DNA from: an uncultured Clostridia bacterium
Lineage (GTDB): Bacteria > Bacillota > Clostridia > TANB77 > CAG-508
Direction of reading: 5' to 3'
DNA: 55,698 nucleotides
NCBI GenBank assembly: GCA_944388765.1
Contig: CALXKA010000004.1
Span: 1 to 55,698 of the forward strand
Shown: positions 21,584-30,745 of the stretch, in pieces
How the letters are laid out: each line of letters starts with the position of its first letter
Position numbering within the stretch: position 1 is the first letter of the stretch
The notes under the pieces: generated by a model
Seen by the model: the letters and a program-made list of their open reading frames with translations, nothing else
Databases searched by the model: none
What the model was told of the DNA's origin: nothing
Translations under genes and position numbers: made by a program

Positions 21584-24500
21584 TTATTCAAATACTATTT
21601 TTTGTCCTGATAATCTAATATTCATATCTTTATATTTTCCAACTACCATATTTTCAAATTTTGTTCCACTAAACCATACATTCATCTTATTACTTGTTGA
21701 CACATTTCTTGGATCTCCTGATTCTATTTCAAAATAGTATTCTTTATTTGTATCTATTCCTTCTATATATCTATCAAAATAATATGTGTTTGTCCCTGTT
21801 GATGTAACAAATACTTCCATATTTATTGTTCCATCTGTACTTTTAAATCTCATTTTTGGTGCTACTTCTGGTACTGTTGATACTCCATTTACCCATTCTA
21901 CATATATTAGTTCTCCACTTACATATGTTGCTCCTCCTGATACACCTACATTAAACTGTATTAATTCACTATTTATATTTCCTATATATGTATCATCTTC
22001 AAATGTTATCTTGTCTAATTTTAGTCTTATTCTTTTTTCTTTGTAATCTCCAACTATTGTATTTTCAAATTTTGTTCCTACAAATAGTACATTCATCTTA
22101 TTACTTGTTGACACATTTCTTGGATCTCCTGATTCAATTTCAAAATAGTATTCTTTATTTGTATCTATTCCCTCTATATATCTATCAAAGTAATATGTAT
22201 TGGTTCCTGTTGATGTTACAAATGCTTCCATATCTATTGTTCCATCTGTACTTTTAAATCTCATTTTTGGTGCTACTTCTGGTACTGTTGATACTCCATT
22301 TACCCATTCTACATATATTAGTTCTCCACTTACATATGTTGCTCCTCCTGATACACCTACATTAAACTGTATTAATTCACTATTTATATTTCCTACATAA
22401 CTATTATCTTCAAATTCCAGAATATTTTTGTTTGCATTAAGTTTATAAAGCTTATATTCTCCCAGTTCTCCTTCAAACTTAGAAAAATCTACTGTATTAA
22501 TCTTACTTGTTGAAATATTATATCTGGTTGTTAGCTCTATTTTAAATTCATACTGTTTAGATGTATCTATTCCATCAATAAATCTATCAAAATAGTATGT
22601 GTTTGTTCCTGTTGGTGTTACAAATGCTTCCATAGATACTTTACCATCTGTACTCATTAAAGTAATTTTAGGAGTATCTATTGGTACTGTTGACACACCA
22701 TCTACCCATTCAATTGCTACTATTTCTCCACTTATATAATAGCCTCCTTCTGGTGTTTGATTTAAAGTCAATTTATTTAGTTCATTTGTAAGTCCACCAT
22801 CATATTGATATTTTAACTTATTATCTTTAACAATGAAATCTACTTTTCCTATTGTTCCTAAGTTTCTATTAGAAATTTCTACAACTGCTTTCTTATTTTG
22901 TGATATATTACTTGCTTCTGTTACTTCTACATAAATTTGATATTCTTTATTTTTGTCTAATTCATCAATATATCCATCAAAATAATATATATTTCCTGAA
23001 TCTTGTTTTGAATATAATGTCTTTTTAACTGTTCCATCTGTTGATTCTAATGTAATAGTAGGAACTATATCAGGAGTTACTAATTCTCCATTTACATTTT
23101 CTGTTACTTTTACTTTACCACTAATATAATGACTTGTACTACTTACTTGATTTAGATTTATTTCTTGAAGTTCGTTTTGTATATTTCCTTCATATTTAAA
23201 ACAAATATTTCCATTTTCTATTAACATGTCTTTATAATTAAATTTTCCTAATGATGAATCTGTCATACCTAAAATATTAGTTTTATTATTTGAAATATTA
23301 TTTATTTCTGATAATTCTATTTTTATTTGATATATTTTATTTGTGTCTATTGCATCTATAAACTTATCAAAATAATAATTATTCAAAGAATCATATTTTA
23401 CAAACATTTCATAACTTACCGTACCATCTGTTGATACTAATGTCATTTTTGGGACTTCTGTTGGTACTGTTGATAAATTATTTATCCATTCAATTAGCAT
23501 TACATTTCCACTTATATAATATGCTCCTGTATCTGCTCTATTTAAAGTAATAGTATGTAATTCATGTGATAACCAACCTTCATATGTTCCCAAACATAAC
23601 ATGTTATTTGAAATATAGCATGTACTATTACTAAATGTTCTATCTGATAAACTAACAGTCATTGATTTATTATTAGAAATATTAACTCCTTCTGTTAGTT
23701 CAGCCTTAATAATATACCTTCTAGTCACATCTAGTCCATCAATATATCCATCAAAATAATATGTATTTCCTGATACCTGATTAACAAATAACTCTTTACT
23801 AATTGCCCCATCAGTTGATTCTAGTGTCATTTTTGGTATTGTTCTTGGAACTGTTGATTTTCCATTAATCCATTCAACTATTATAATATTTCCTGTAATA
23901 TATTCAGAACCGCTATCATTTTTTGCTATATTAAATGATGTTACTTCACTTGAAATAGTTCCCTCATATTTATCATTATCGTTTAATGGTCTTGCACATG
24001 GTGATGCTGGCATATTTTCATATATTGGTATTACAAATTCAAATGAACTACTTAAAATACCATTGTCTCTGTATCCTCTATACATTGTATTTCCCTCGGT
24101 ATTTGCAGCTGTAAGATTTTGCATATATTGATGATTATATAATCCATCTTGTTCTATAACATCAAATTTTTGGAAATATAATGTAGTTTGCCCAACACTC
24201 ATATAATCATCTTTTATAAATTGGGCCCCACCTATAATAGATGCTTCTACTGAAAACCACCCTTGCTCATAAGCATATTTTGCACCAGCTAATAATCCAG
24301 CTTGTGTATCATTTCCACTAGCCTTTATATTAAATAAATTATATACTACCACTTTTTGGCCTGTTTCAGTAGTATATACATACCCATTTAAAGCGCCTCT
24401 ACCATCAGCTCCCTGTTCTTGCTTTAATCTAGAAACTATATGAAATGGACTTATACTATTTTGAGTAGCTGCTTGCATTATAGCATCAATATATGATTCA

Positions 24501-25006
24501 TTAGTTGCCAAAAACGTTCCTTGTACCATTTTCTTAACAGCATCTCTATCTCCAACAGAAGAAGATAAATCTTGGAATTGGAAGATATATTCTTCTGATA
24601 GACTATTTCTTGGATCCATCATATATGCTATTGCTTCTTGTGATGCACAATACCACCTTTTTGATAAGTCATATCTCGTATATCCACAAATTGGACATAC
24701 CCATTCTCCGGTATATGTATCATAAATTAAATTTTTAGGACTGCTTCCATGTCCAGAATATTCATTTGCAATTACACTATTCCAATCTAATCCAGTATAA
24801 TAAAGTTTTATTTTCCAATTTGGATATTGTGCTTGTATATTTTGCAGAAGACTTTTATATCCTGGATATCTTGACTCATCAATTGCATTTATATCATAAC
24901 TTGTAGTTGCAGCATATGTATTATTTAATTTGTCACTAAATATTCCTACTATAAAAAATGCAAATATAATTATTAATAACTTTATTAATATTTTTATCTT
25001 CTTCAT
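21584..25006 (-). CDS. Secreted peptidoglycan hydrolase (GH73 glucosaminidase-like) with six C-terminal ~130-137 aa repeats
   Basis: Signal peptide; YMMDPRN, SRLKQEQG, YNLFNI, TLYFQKFDV, HQYMQN, FVIPIYENMP; then six repeats with VEWxxGxSTVP/STDGT/NTYYFD. Confidence 0.75.
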   Translation of the reverse strand: MKKIKILIKLLIIIFAFFIVGIFSDKLNNTYAATTSYDINAIDESRYPGYKSLLQNIQAQYPNWKIKLYYTGLDWNSVIANEYSGHGSSPKNLIYDTYTGEWVCPICGYTRYDLSKRWYCASQEAIAYMMDPRNSLSEEYIFQFQDLSSSVGDRDAVKKMVQGTFLATNESYIDAIMQAATQNSISPFHIVSRLKQEQGADGRGALNGYVYTTETGQKVVVYNLFNIKASGNDTQAGLLAGAKYAYEQGWFSVEASIIGGAQFIKDDYMSVGQTTLYFQKFDVIEQDGLYNHQYMQNLTAANTEGNTMYRGYRDNGILSSSFEFVIPIYENMPASPCARPLNDNDKYEGTISSEVTSFNIAKNDSGSEYITGNIIIVEWINGKSTVPRTIPKMTLESTDGAISKELFVNQVSGNTYYFDGYIDGLDVTRRYIIKAELTEGVNISNNKSMTVSLSDRTFSNSTCYISNNMLCLGTYEGWLSHELHTITLNRADTGAYYISGNVMLIEWINNLSTVPTEVPKMTLVSTDGTVSYEMFVKYDSLNNYYFDKFIDAIDTNKIYQIKIELSEINNISNNKTNILGMTDSSLGKFNYKDMLIENGNICFKYEGNIQNELQEINLNQVSSTSHYISGKVKVTENVNGELVTPDIVPTITLESTDGTVKKTLYSKQDSGNIYYFDGYIDELDKNKEYQIYVEVTEASNISQNKKAVVEISNRNLGTIGKVDFIVKDNKLKYQYDGGLTNELNKLTLNQTPEGGYYISGEIVAIEWVDGVSTVPIDTPKITLMSTDGKVSMEAFVTPTGTNTYYFDRFIDGIDTSKQYEFKIELTTRYNISTSKINTVDFSKFEGELGEYKLYKLNANKNILEFEDNSYVGNINSELIQFNVGVSGGATYVSGELIYVEWVNGVSTVPEVAPKMRFKSTDGTIDMEAFVTSTGTNTYYFDRYIEGIDTNKEYYFEIESGDPRNVSTSNKMNVLFVGTKFENTIVGDYKEKRIRLKLDKITFEDDTYIGNINSELIQFNVGVSGGATYVSGELIYVEWVNGVSTVPEVAPKMRFKSTDGTINMEVFVTSTGTNTYYFDRYIEGIDTNKEYYFEIESGDPRNVSTSNKMNVWFSGTKFENMVVGKYKDMNIRLSGQKIVFE

Positions 25007-25109
25007 ATGTACACCTCTTTTTTATATTCTTCCACCAGTATATACTAACTTTATACATTTTTCAACTTATTTCACATATTTTTTACATACATTATATTCC
25101 AAAATTCCA

Positions 25110-25155
25110 AATATCAAAAACCTATTAACTTTATTATTAATAGGTTTTTGATATT
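25110..25155 (-). terminator. Intrinsic terminator after the LRR-CAP gene
   Basis: AATATCAAAAACCTATTAA ... TTAATAGGTTTTTGATATT, 19-bp inverted repeat. Confidence 0.75.
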
Positions 25156-25179
25156 CACTTATTTAGTTATATTTACTTT

Positions 25180-28100
25180 TTATGCTCCTATAAATATTTG
25201 TACAAATATTCTTCCATATGGTCCACCTTCAACTACTCCCATTCCTGTATAATTATATGATGAATCTAAAATGTTTTCTCTATGTCCTTCTGAGTTCATC
25301 CATAACGTAACAGCTAAACTATTACTATATCCACCTGCAATATTTTCTCCTGCTGCATACCAAAATATTCCTGCTTTGTTAAGCATATCAGAAGGAGAAC
25401 CATATGTTGGTGATTGATGATCAAAGTAATTATTTACTAACATATCTTCTGCTTTTTTTCTTGCTAATAATTGTAATCTTGAATCAATTTGTAATGGCGC
25501 AATTCCATTTGCTATTCTTTGTTGATTTACTAAATTAAATGTCTCTCTTTCATTATCATTCATTATTATAGGGAAACTCTTGTCTAATGGTTTAAATACT
25601 ATTGTATTATTTTCTAAAACTACCATCTTTTCTATTCCATATGCTCCTACAATCTTATTTTCAAATTCTCCTATAAATAATACTTGCATCTTTTTATTTT
25701 GTGATATATTTCTTGAATCTCCTGATTCTATTTCAAGATAATATTGCTTATTAAAATCAATTCCTTCAATATATCTATCAAAATAGTATGTGTTTGTACC
25801 TGTTGATGTTACAAATACCTCCATATCTGCTGTTCCATCTGTACTTTTAAATCTCATTGTAGGTTTTACTTCTGGTACTGTTGATTGTCCATCTACCCAT
25901 TCTACATAGATTAGCTCTCCACTTATATAATTTGCTCCACCTTGCTCTCCTACATTAAATTGCACTAACTGAGTATTTATATCTCCTACATACTTATCTT
26001 CTTCAAATGTTATCTTATCTAGTTTTAATCTTATCCTTTTATCTTTATATCTACCAACTACTGTATCTTCAAATTTTGTTCCAACAAATAATACATTCAT
26101 CTTATTACTTGTTGACACATTTCTTGGATCTCCTGATTCTATTTCGAAATAGTACTCTTTATTTGTATCTATTCCCTCTATATATCTATCAAAATAGTAT
26201 GTATTAGTTCCTGTTGATGTTACAAATGCTTCCATATCTATTGTTCCATCTGTACTTTTAAATCTCATCTTTGGTGCTATTTCTGGTACTGTTGATACTC
26301 CATCTACCCATTCTACATAGATTAGCTCTCCACTTACATATGTTGCTCCACCTGATACACCCACATTAAATTGCACTAGTTCACTATTTATATTTCCTAT
26401 ATATGTATCATCTTCAAATGTTATCTTATCTAGTTTTAATCTTATCCTTTTATCTTTATATCTACCAACTACTGTATCTTCAAATTTTGTTCCAACAAAT
26501 AATACATTCATCTTATTACTTGTTGACACATTTCTTGGATCTCCTGATTCTATTTCGAAATAGTACTCTTTATTTGTATCTATTCCCTCTATATATCTAT
26601 CAAAATAGTATGTATTAGTTCCTGTTGATGTTACAAATGCTTCCATATCTATTGTTCCATCTGTACTTTTAAATCTCATCTTTGGTGCTATTTCTGGTAC
26701 TGTTGATACTCCATCTACCCATTCTACATAGATTAGCTCTCCACTTACATATGTTGCTCCACCTGATACACCCACATTAAATTGCACTAGTTCACTATTT
26801 ATATTTCCTATATATGTATCATCTTCAAATGTTATCTTATCTAGTTTTAATCTTATCCTTTTATCTTTATATCTACCAACTACTGTATCTTCAAATTTTG
26901 TTCCAGCAAATAATACATTCATTTTATTACTTGTTGATACATTATTTTGATCTCCTGATTCTATTTCAAAATAGTATTCTTTACTTGTATCTATTCCTTC
27001 TATATATCTATCAAAGTAATATGTATTTGTTCCTGTTGATGTTACAAATGCTTCCATATCTATTGTTCCATCTGTACTTTTAAATCTCATTTTTGGAGCA
27101 ACCTTTGGTACTGTTGATACTCCATTTACCCATTCTACATATATTAGTTCTCCACTTACATATGTTGCTCCTCCTGCTTGTTCTACATTAAATTGTACTA
27201 GTTCACTATTTATGTCTCCTATATATGCATCTGGATTTGTTACTGTTTGATTATCATAAATTAATTTTACACCTTTATCTTCAAATACATTTATAGCTTG
27301 TTTGTTTCCATCTTTATTAATATCTATATTGTTATATGATAAATCTATTCCTTCAAATGCTTCAAGCATTTCAAATATTTGTCCATCCTCATATTCATAA
27401 CAATAAAAGTCATAGTCTTTTAATGGTGAAATGTCAATAATTTGATTATGTGATAAATCTAATTTTGCAATTCGTCTTATATCCTTAATTACATTTATGT
27501 TTGTTATATTATTATATGATAAGTCTATTTTTAATGCTCTTCTGTCTGAATTTCCTCCTGCTCCCCAACCATAAAAGCCGGCATCATATCCTAGTTTATC
27601 TAGTACTGATATATCTGTTATATTATTATTAGATAAGTTTACTTCTATTAAATAACCTTTATTTGTTAATGTATTAATATCTACATTATTATTAGATAAA
27701 TTTAATTTTCTTACATTTTTTATATGTGTTATAGGTGTTACATCTTTTAAATTGTTATGTGATAAATCTAATTCAGAAATGCAGTTTAAATAACTTAAAC
27801 ATTCAATATCTTTATCTTCTAATCTCATATTAGATAAATCTATTTTGTAATTGTTATAAGTACCTCCTTCTCCATTAACTTCCTCTGAATTAAAATCATT
27901 TAATTCACCTTTTGTTATTTTTTCATCATTGTTTTTATCAATTCCGTATTCAATTAATTTTTGTTTTAAATTCTCTTTTATATCTAGAACATCATCTCTT
28001 TCACTTACAGAACCATATTTTTGTGTCATTTCAAATAATTTTATAGTATATGTTAATTCAAATTCATTTACTATATTTTCTTCTATTGCTTTCCTGTTTT

Positions 28101-30663
28101 CTGTTCCTTCTGATATATCTATGTAATTGCCTGCAAAATTAATTGCACTATATATATTAATTTTTGCATCTTTAATTGATGTTATATCTTCTATAAAGTT
28201 ATTTGCTAATTCACCTCTTAATTCCGTTCTTTCTTGTTCAACTAATGGTGATACATCTGTTATTAAATTATTAGTAAAATTAAGATATTCTAAATTTTTT
28301 AAATTTCTTAGTGGTTCTAAATCTGATATATTGTTGTTTTCAGCATATATTACTTTTAAGTTCTTAAAGTTTTCTAGACCATATATATTTGATATATCCA
28401 TATTACTTATATCAATAGTATCTATGTTTATTACATCATTTTCTGTTAATTTATTATCATTATCTCTATCATAATTTTCTAACAAATATGTTTTTAAATT
28501 ATTATCTTCTATTTCTATTTCTTTTGTTGTGTCGCCATTTTCATATACTTGCCAATATATATGTATGTTTCCTGATACATTTTTTGAATTTATATACATT
28601 TGATTACTTTGTGTTCCTACTTCATCACATTTTAATATAATTTTTTTGTCTGTACTTATTGTAGCATTTCCTAAGTATGAATTAGCTATATTTGCTGAAT
28701 AATTACTATCATATAGCTTATTTCCTTCTGTTGATATTGCATTTAACAATTTTCCTGCATCTTTTAAATCTAAAACTTGTTCTGCACCTTTTTCAAAAGT
28801 TCCTAATTTACTTTTATATGATCCATTTAATATTATTTCTTTTGCATCAATTGTTTGTACTAAATCTACTATTTTCTCATCTTCTAAGCAATATACTTCT
28901 CCCTTTTCTCCATAGTATATTCCTCCTGCAAATAAAAATCTGTCTAAATTTTTTAACTGTTTTAAAGGTGTTACATCTTCTAAATATCCGCTTATGCTTA
29001 ATATTCTTAGATTAGTCATATTCGTTATTCCTGTAACATCTAATACTTTTTTATCATTTGTATATGAGTCTCTAATTGATAAATCTACAATATTATTATT
29101 TTCATATACACTATTAACTCCACTTAGATTACCATATACATATAACTTTTCTAATCTTTGAAAATCCTTTATAGGTGTTAAATCTATACTTTTATTTTCT
29201 TGTCCTCCCACTGTTTGAGAAATTGATAATTCCTTCAAATTATCCATTTTTAGTACTTCTGAAATATTTAAATAATTTCCAGATACGCTAAATGTATCTA
29301 AATTAGTATTTGCTTTTAGTCCTTCGAAATCTATAGTTTTTTCTGCCGTTTCACTTGTTGCATAAGTTACTCCTATTGCTAAACTTTTTAAATTATTTAA
29401 GTTTTTTAATACTGAAAAATCTCCCCATTCAACATTAGTTCCAAGTATATTTATTGTTTGTAAATTTGTTAAATTTGCAAGAGGTGTAACGTCTATTTTA
29501 GTTTCTCCTAATCCTGATATATATAGATTATTTAAATTTGTTGCATATTTTAAATCTTCTATTGATTTTATTCCTTCTGTATAACTAGAAAAAGAATATA
29601 TTTGTTGCATTTCTTTTGTTGATAATTCATTATCGTTATTTGTATCATATCCTTGTTGTATTAATTGTTTTTTCATTTCTTCATCTACAAATGTAATATT
29701 TTGTGTTTGCTCATATTCATCTATTATTACATTTACATTTCTTTGTTTTAATGTTTCTATTACTCTTTTGTTTCCATCTTCCTCTGTATTTATTGGATTT
29801 TTACTTAAATCTACATATACTAATTCATTTAGATTTTCCAAAGGTTCAATATTTGTTATTTTATTATTTGAAAGAGTTAAATTATTTAGCTTTGTTAATT
29901 TAGATATGAAATCTATATTTGTAAGTTCATTTTCCATTCCTGTTAAAGCTAATACTTTCAAACTTGAAATATTTCCTATTTGTTCATAATTATTTACTGT
30001 TCCTTCTTGTAAATATAATTCTTCTAAATTATTTAAATTATTTAATATACTACAATCAAATCCTTTAACTCCCATAATTGCTAATGCTTTTAAATTTGTA
30101 TAATTTACTATTTTTGAATAATCATATTTATCTATTGCACTTTGTCCAGTTGAAAATACACTCAAATTTTCTAATAAAGGGAATTCACCTAACTGTTCAA
30201 CATTTATATCATTTCCTTGTAAATACAACTCTTTAACATTTGTTAAATTTTTTAATGGTGAAATATCAGCATTACAACTAAATAGTCTTATTACTCTAAC
30301 ATTTGTTAAATATTCTAATCCGTTTAAATTTGTTACATTTTCATAAATGTAAATTTCCTCTATTTGTTCCAATTCATATTCTGTTATTTTACCATCTGCA
30401 TTTGTATCATAATTTGCTATCATATAATTTTTTAAATTATTATCTTCAAATTGTATTTCCTTTTCCACAACATCGTCTGCGTTAGTTATACTTCTAGTAT
30501 TTGTATCTTCAAGTTGTGTTTTTTCTTCACTATTTTCACTTGTTGTATTAATTTCAGTTTCATCATTATCTATTTGTTCAATTTGCGCTCCCAAAACTAC
30601 TGGCATTAATACTTGCATAAATAGTATTATTACTAAAATACACCCTATTATTTTTCTTTTCAT
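25180..30663 (-). CDS. Large secreted leucine-rich-repeat protein with four ~137 aa repeats and a C-terminal CAP/SCP domain
   Basis: Signal peptide; internalin-like LRRs (LxxLxLSxNxIxDIxPL) with DxNxDxxI caps; four repeats; CAP motifs LVNQQR, FDHQSP, GENIA, WMNSEGHRENIL. Confidence 0.85.
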   Translation of the reverse strand: MKRKIIGCILVIILFMQVLMPVVLGAQIEQIDNDETEINTTSENSEEKTQLEDTNTRSITNADDVVEKEIQFEDNNLKNYMIANYDTNADGKITEYELEQIEEIYIYENVTNLNGLEYLTNVRVIRLFSCNADISPLKNLTNVKELYLQGNDINVEQLGEFPLLENLSVFSTGQSAIDKYDYSKIVNYTNLKALAIMGVKGFDCSILNNLNNLEELYLQEGTVNNYEQIGNISSLKVLALTGMENELTNIDFISKLTKLNNLTLSNNKITNIEPLENLNELVYVDLSKNPINTEEDGNKRVIETLKQRNVNVIIDEYEQTQNITFVDEEMKKQLIQQGYDTNNDNELSTKEMQQIYSFSSYTEGIKSIEDLKYATNLNNLYISGLGETKIDVTPLANLTNLQTINILGTNVEWGDFSVLKNLNNLKSLAIGVTYATSETAEKTIDFEGLKANTNLDTFSVSGNYLNISEVLKMDNLKELSISQTVGGQENKSIDLTPIKDFQRLEKLYVYGNLSGVNSVYENNNIVDLSIRDSYTNDKKVLDVTGITNMTNLRILSISGYLEDVTPLKQLKNLDRFLFAGGIYYGEKGEVYCLEDEKIVDLVQTIDAKEIILNGSYKSKLGTFEKGAEQVLDLKDAGKLLNAISTEGNKLYDSNYSANIANSYLGNATISTDKKIILKCDEVGTQSNQMYINSKNVSGNIHIYWQVYENGDTTKEIEIEDNNLKTYLLENYDRDNDNKLTENDVINIDTIDISNMDISNIYGLENFKNLKVIYAENNNISDLEPLRNLKNLEYLNFTNNLITDVSPLVEQERTELRGELANNFIEDITSIKDAKINIYSAINFAGNYIDISEGTENRKAIEENIVNEFELTYTIKLFEMTQKYGSVSERDDVLDIKENLKQKLIEYGIDKNNDEKITKGELNDFNSEEVNGEGGTYNNYKIDLSNMRLEDKDIECLSYLNCISELDLSHNNLKDVTPITHIKNVRKLNLSNNNVDINTLTNKGYLIEVNLSNNNITDISVLDKLGYDAGFYGWGAGGNSDRRALKIDLSYNNITNINVIKDIRRIAKLDLSHNQIIDISPLKDYDFYCYEYEDGQIFEMLEAFEGIDLSYNNIDINKDGNKQAINVFEDKGVKLIYDNQTVTNPDAYIGDINSELVQFNVEQAGGATYVSGELIYVEWVNGVSTVPKVAPKMRFKSTDGTIDMEAFVTSTGTNTYYFDRYIEGIDTSKEYYFEIESGDQNNVSTSNKMNVLFAGTKFEDTVVGRYKDKRIRLKLDKITFEDDTYIGNINSELVQFNVGVSGGATYVSGELIYVEWVDGVSTVPEIAPKMRFKSTDGTIDMEAFVTSTGTNTYYFDRYIEGIDTNKEYYFEIESGDPRNVSTSNKMNVLFVGTKFEDTVVGRYKDKRIRLKLDKITFEDDTYIGNINSELVQFNVGVSGGATYVSGELIYVEWVDGVSTVPEIAPKMRFKSTDGTIDMEAFVTSTGTNTYYFDRYIEGIDTNKEYYFEIESGDPRNVSTSNKMNVLFVGTKFEDTVVGRYKDKRIRLKLDKITFEEDKYVGDINTQLVQFNVGEQGGANYISGELIYVEWVDGQSTVPEVKPTMRFKSTDGTADMEVFVTSTGTNTYYFDRYIEGIDFNKQYYLEIESGDSRNISQNKKMQVLFIGEFENKIVGAYGIEKMVVLENNTIVFKPLDKSFPIIMNDNERETFNLVNQQRIANGIAPLQIDSRLQLLARKKAEDMLVNNYFDHQSPTYGSPSDMLNKAGIFWYAAGENIAGGYSNSLAVTLWMNSEGHRENILDSSYNYTGMGVVEGGPYGRIFVQIFIGA
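26000..26903. repeat. 411-bp tandem repeat (~2.2 copies) inside the LRR-CAP gene
   Basis: Sequence from 26001 recurs from 26412 with no difference seen by eye, and starts again at 26823; period 411 nt = 137 codons. Confidence 0.9.
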
Positions 30664-30745
30664 ACCCAATCTCCTTTTATTTTTTATCTAACTTAGAGAC
30701 ATTCCAAATGTATAGTTATTTTGATTTTATATAATGCTTTTTCTA

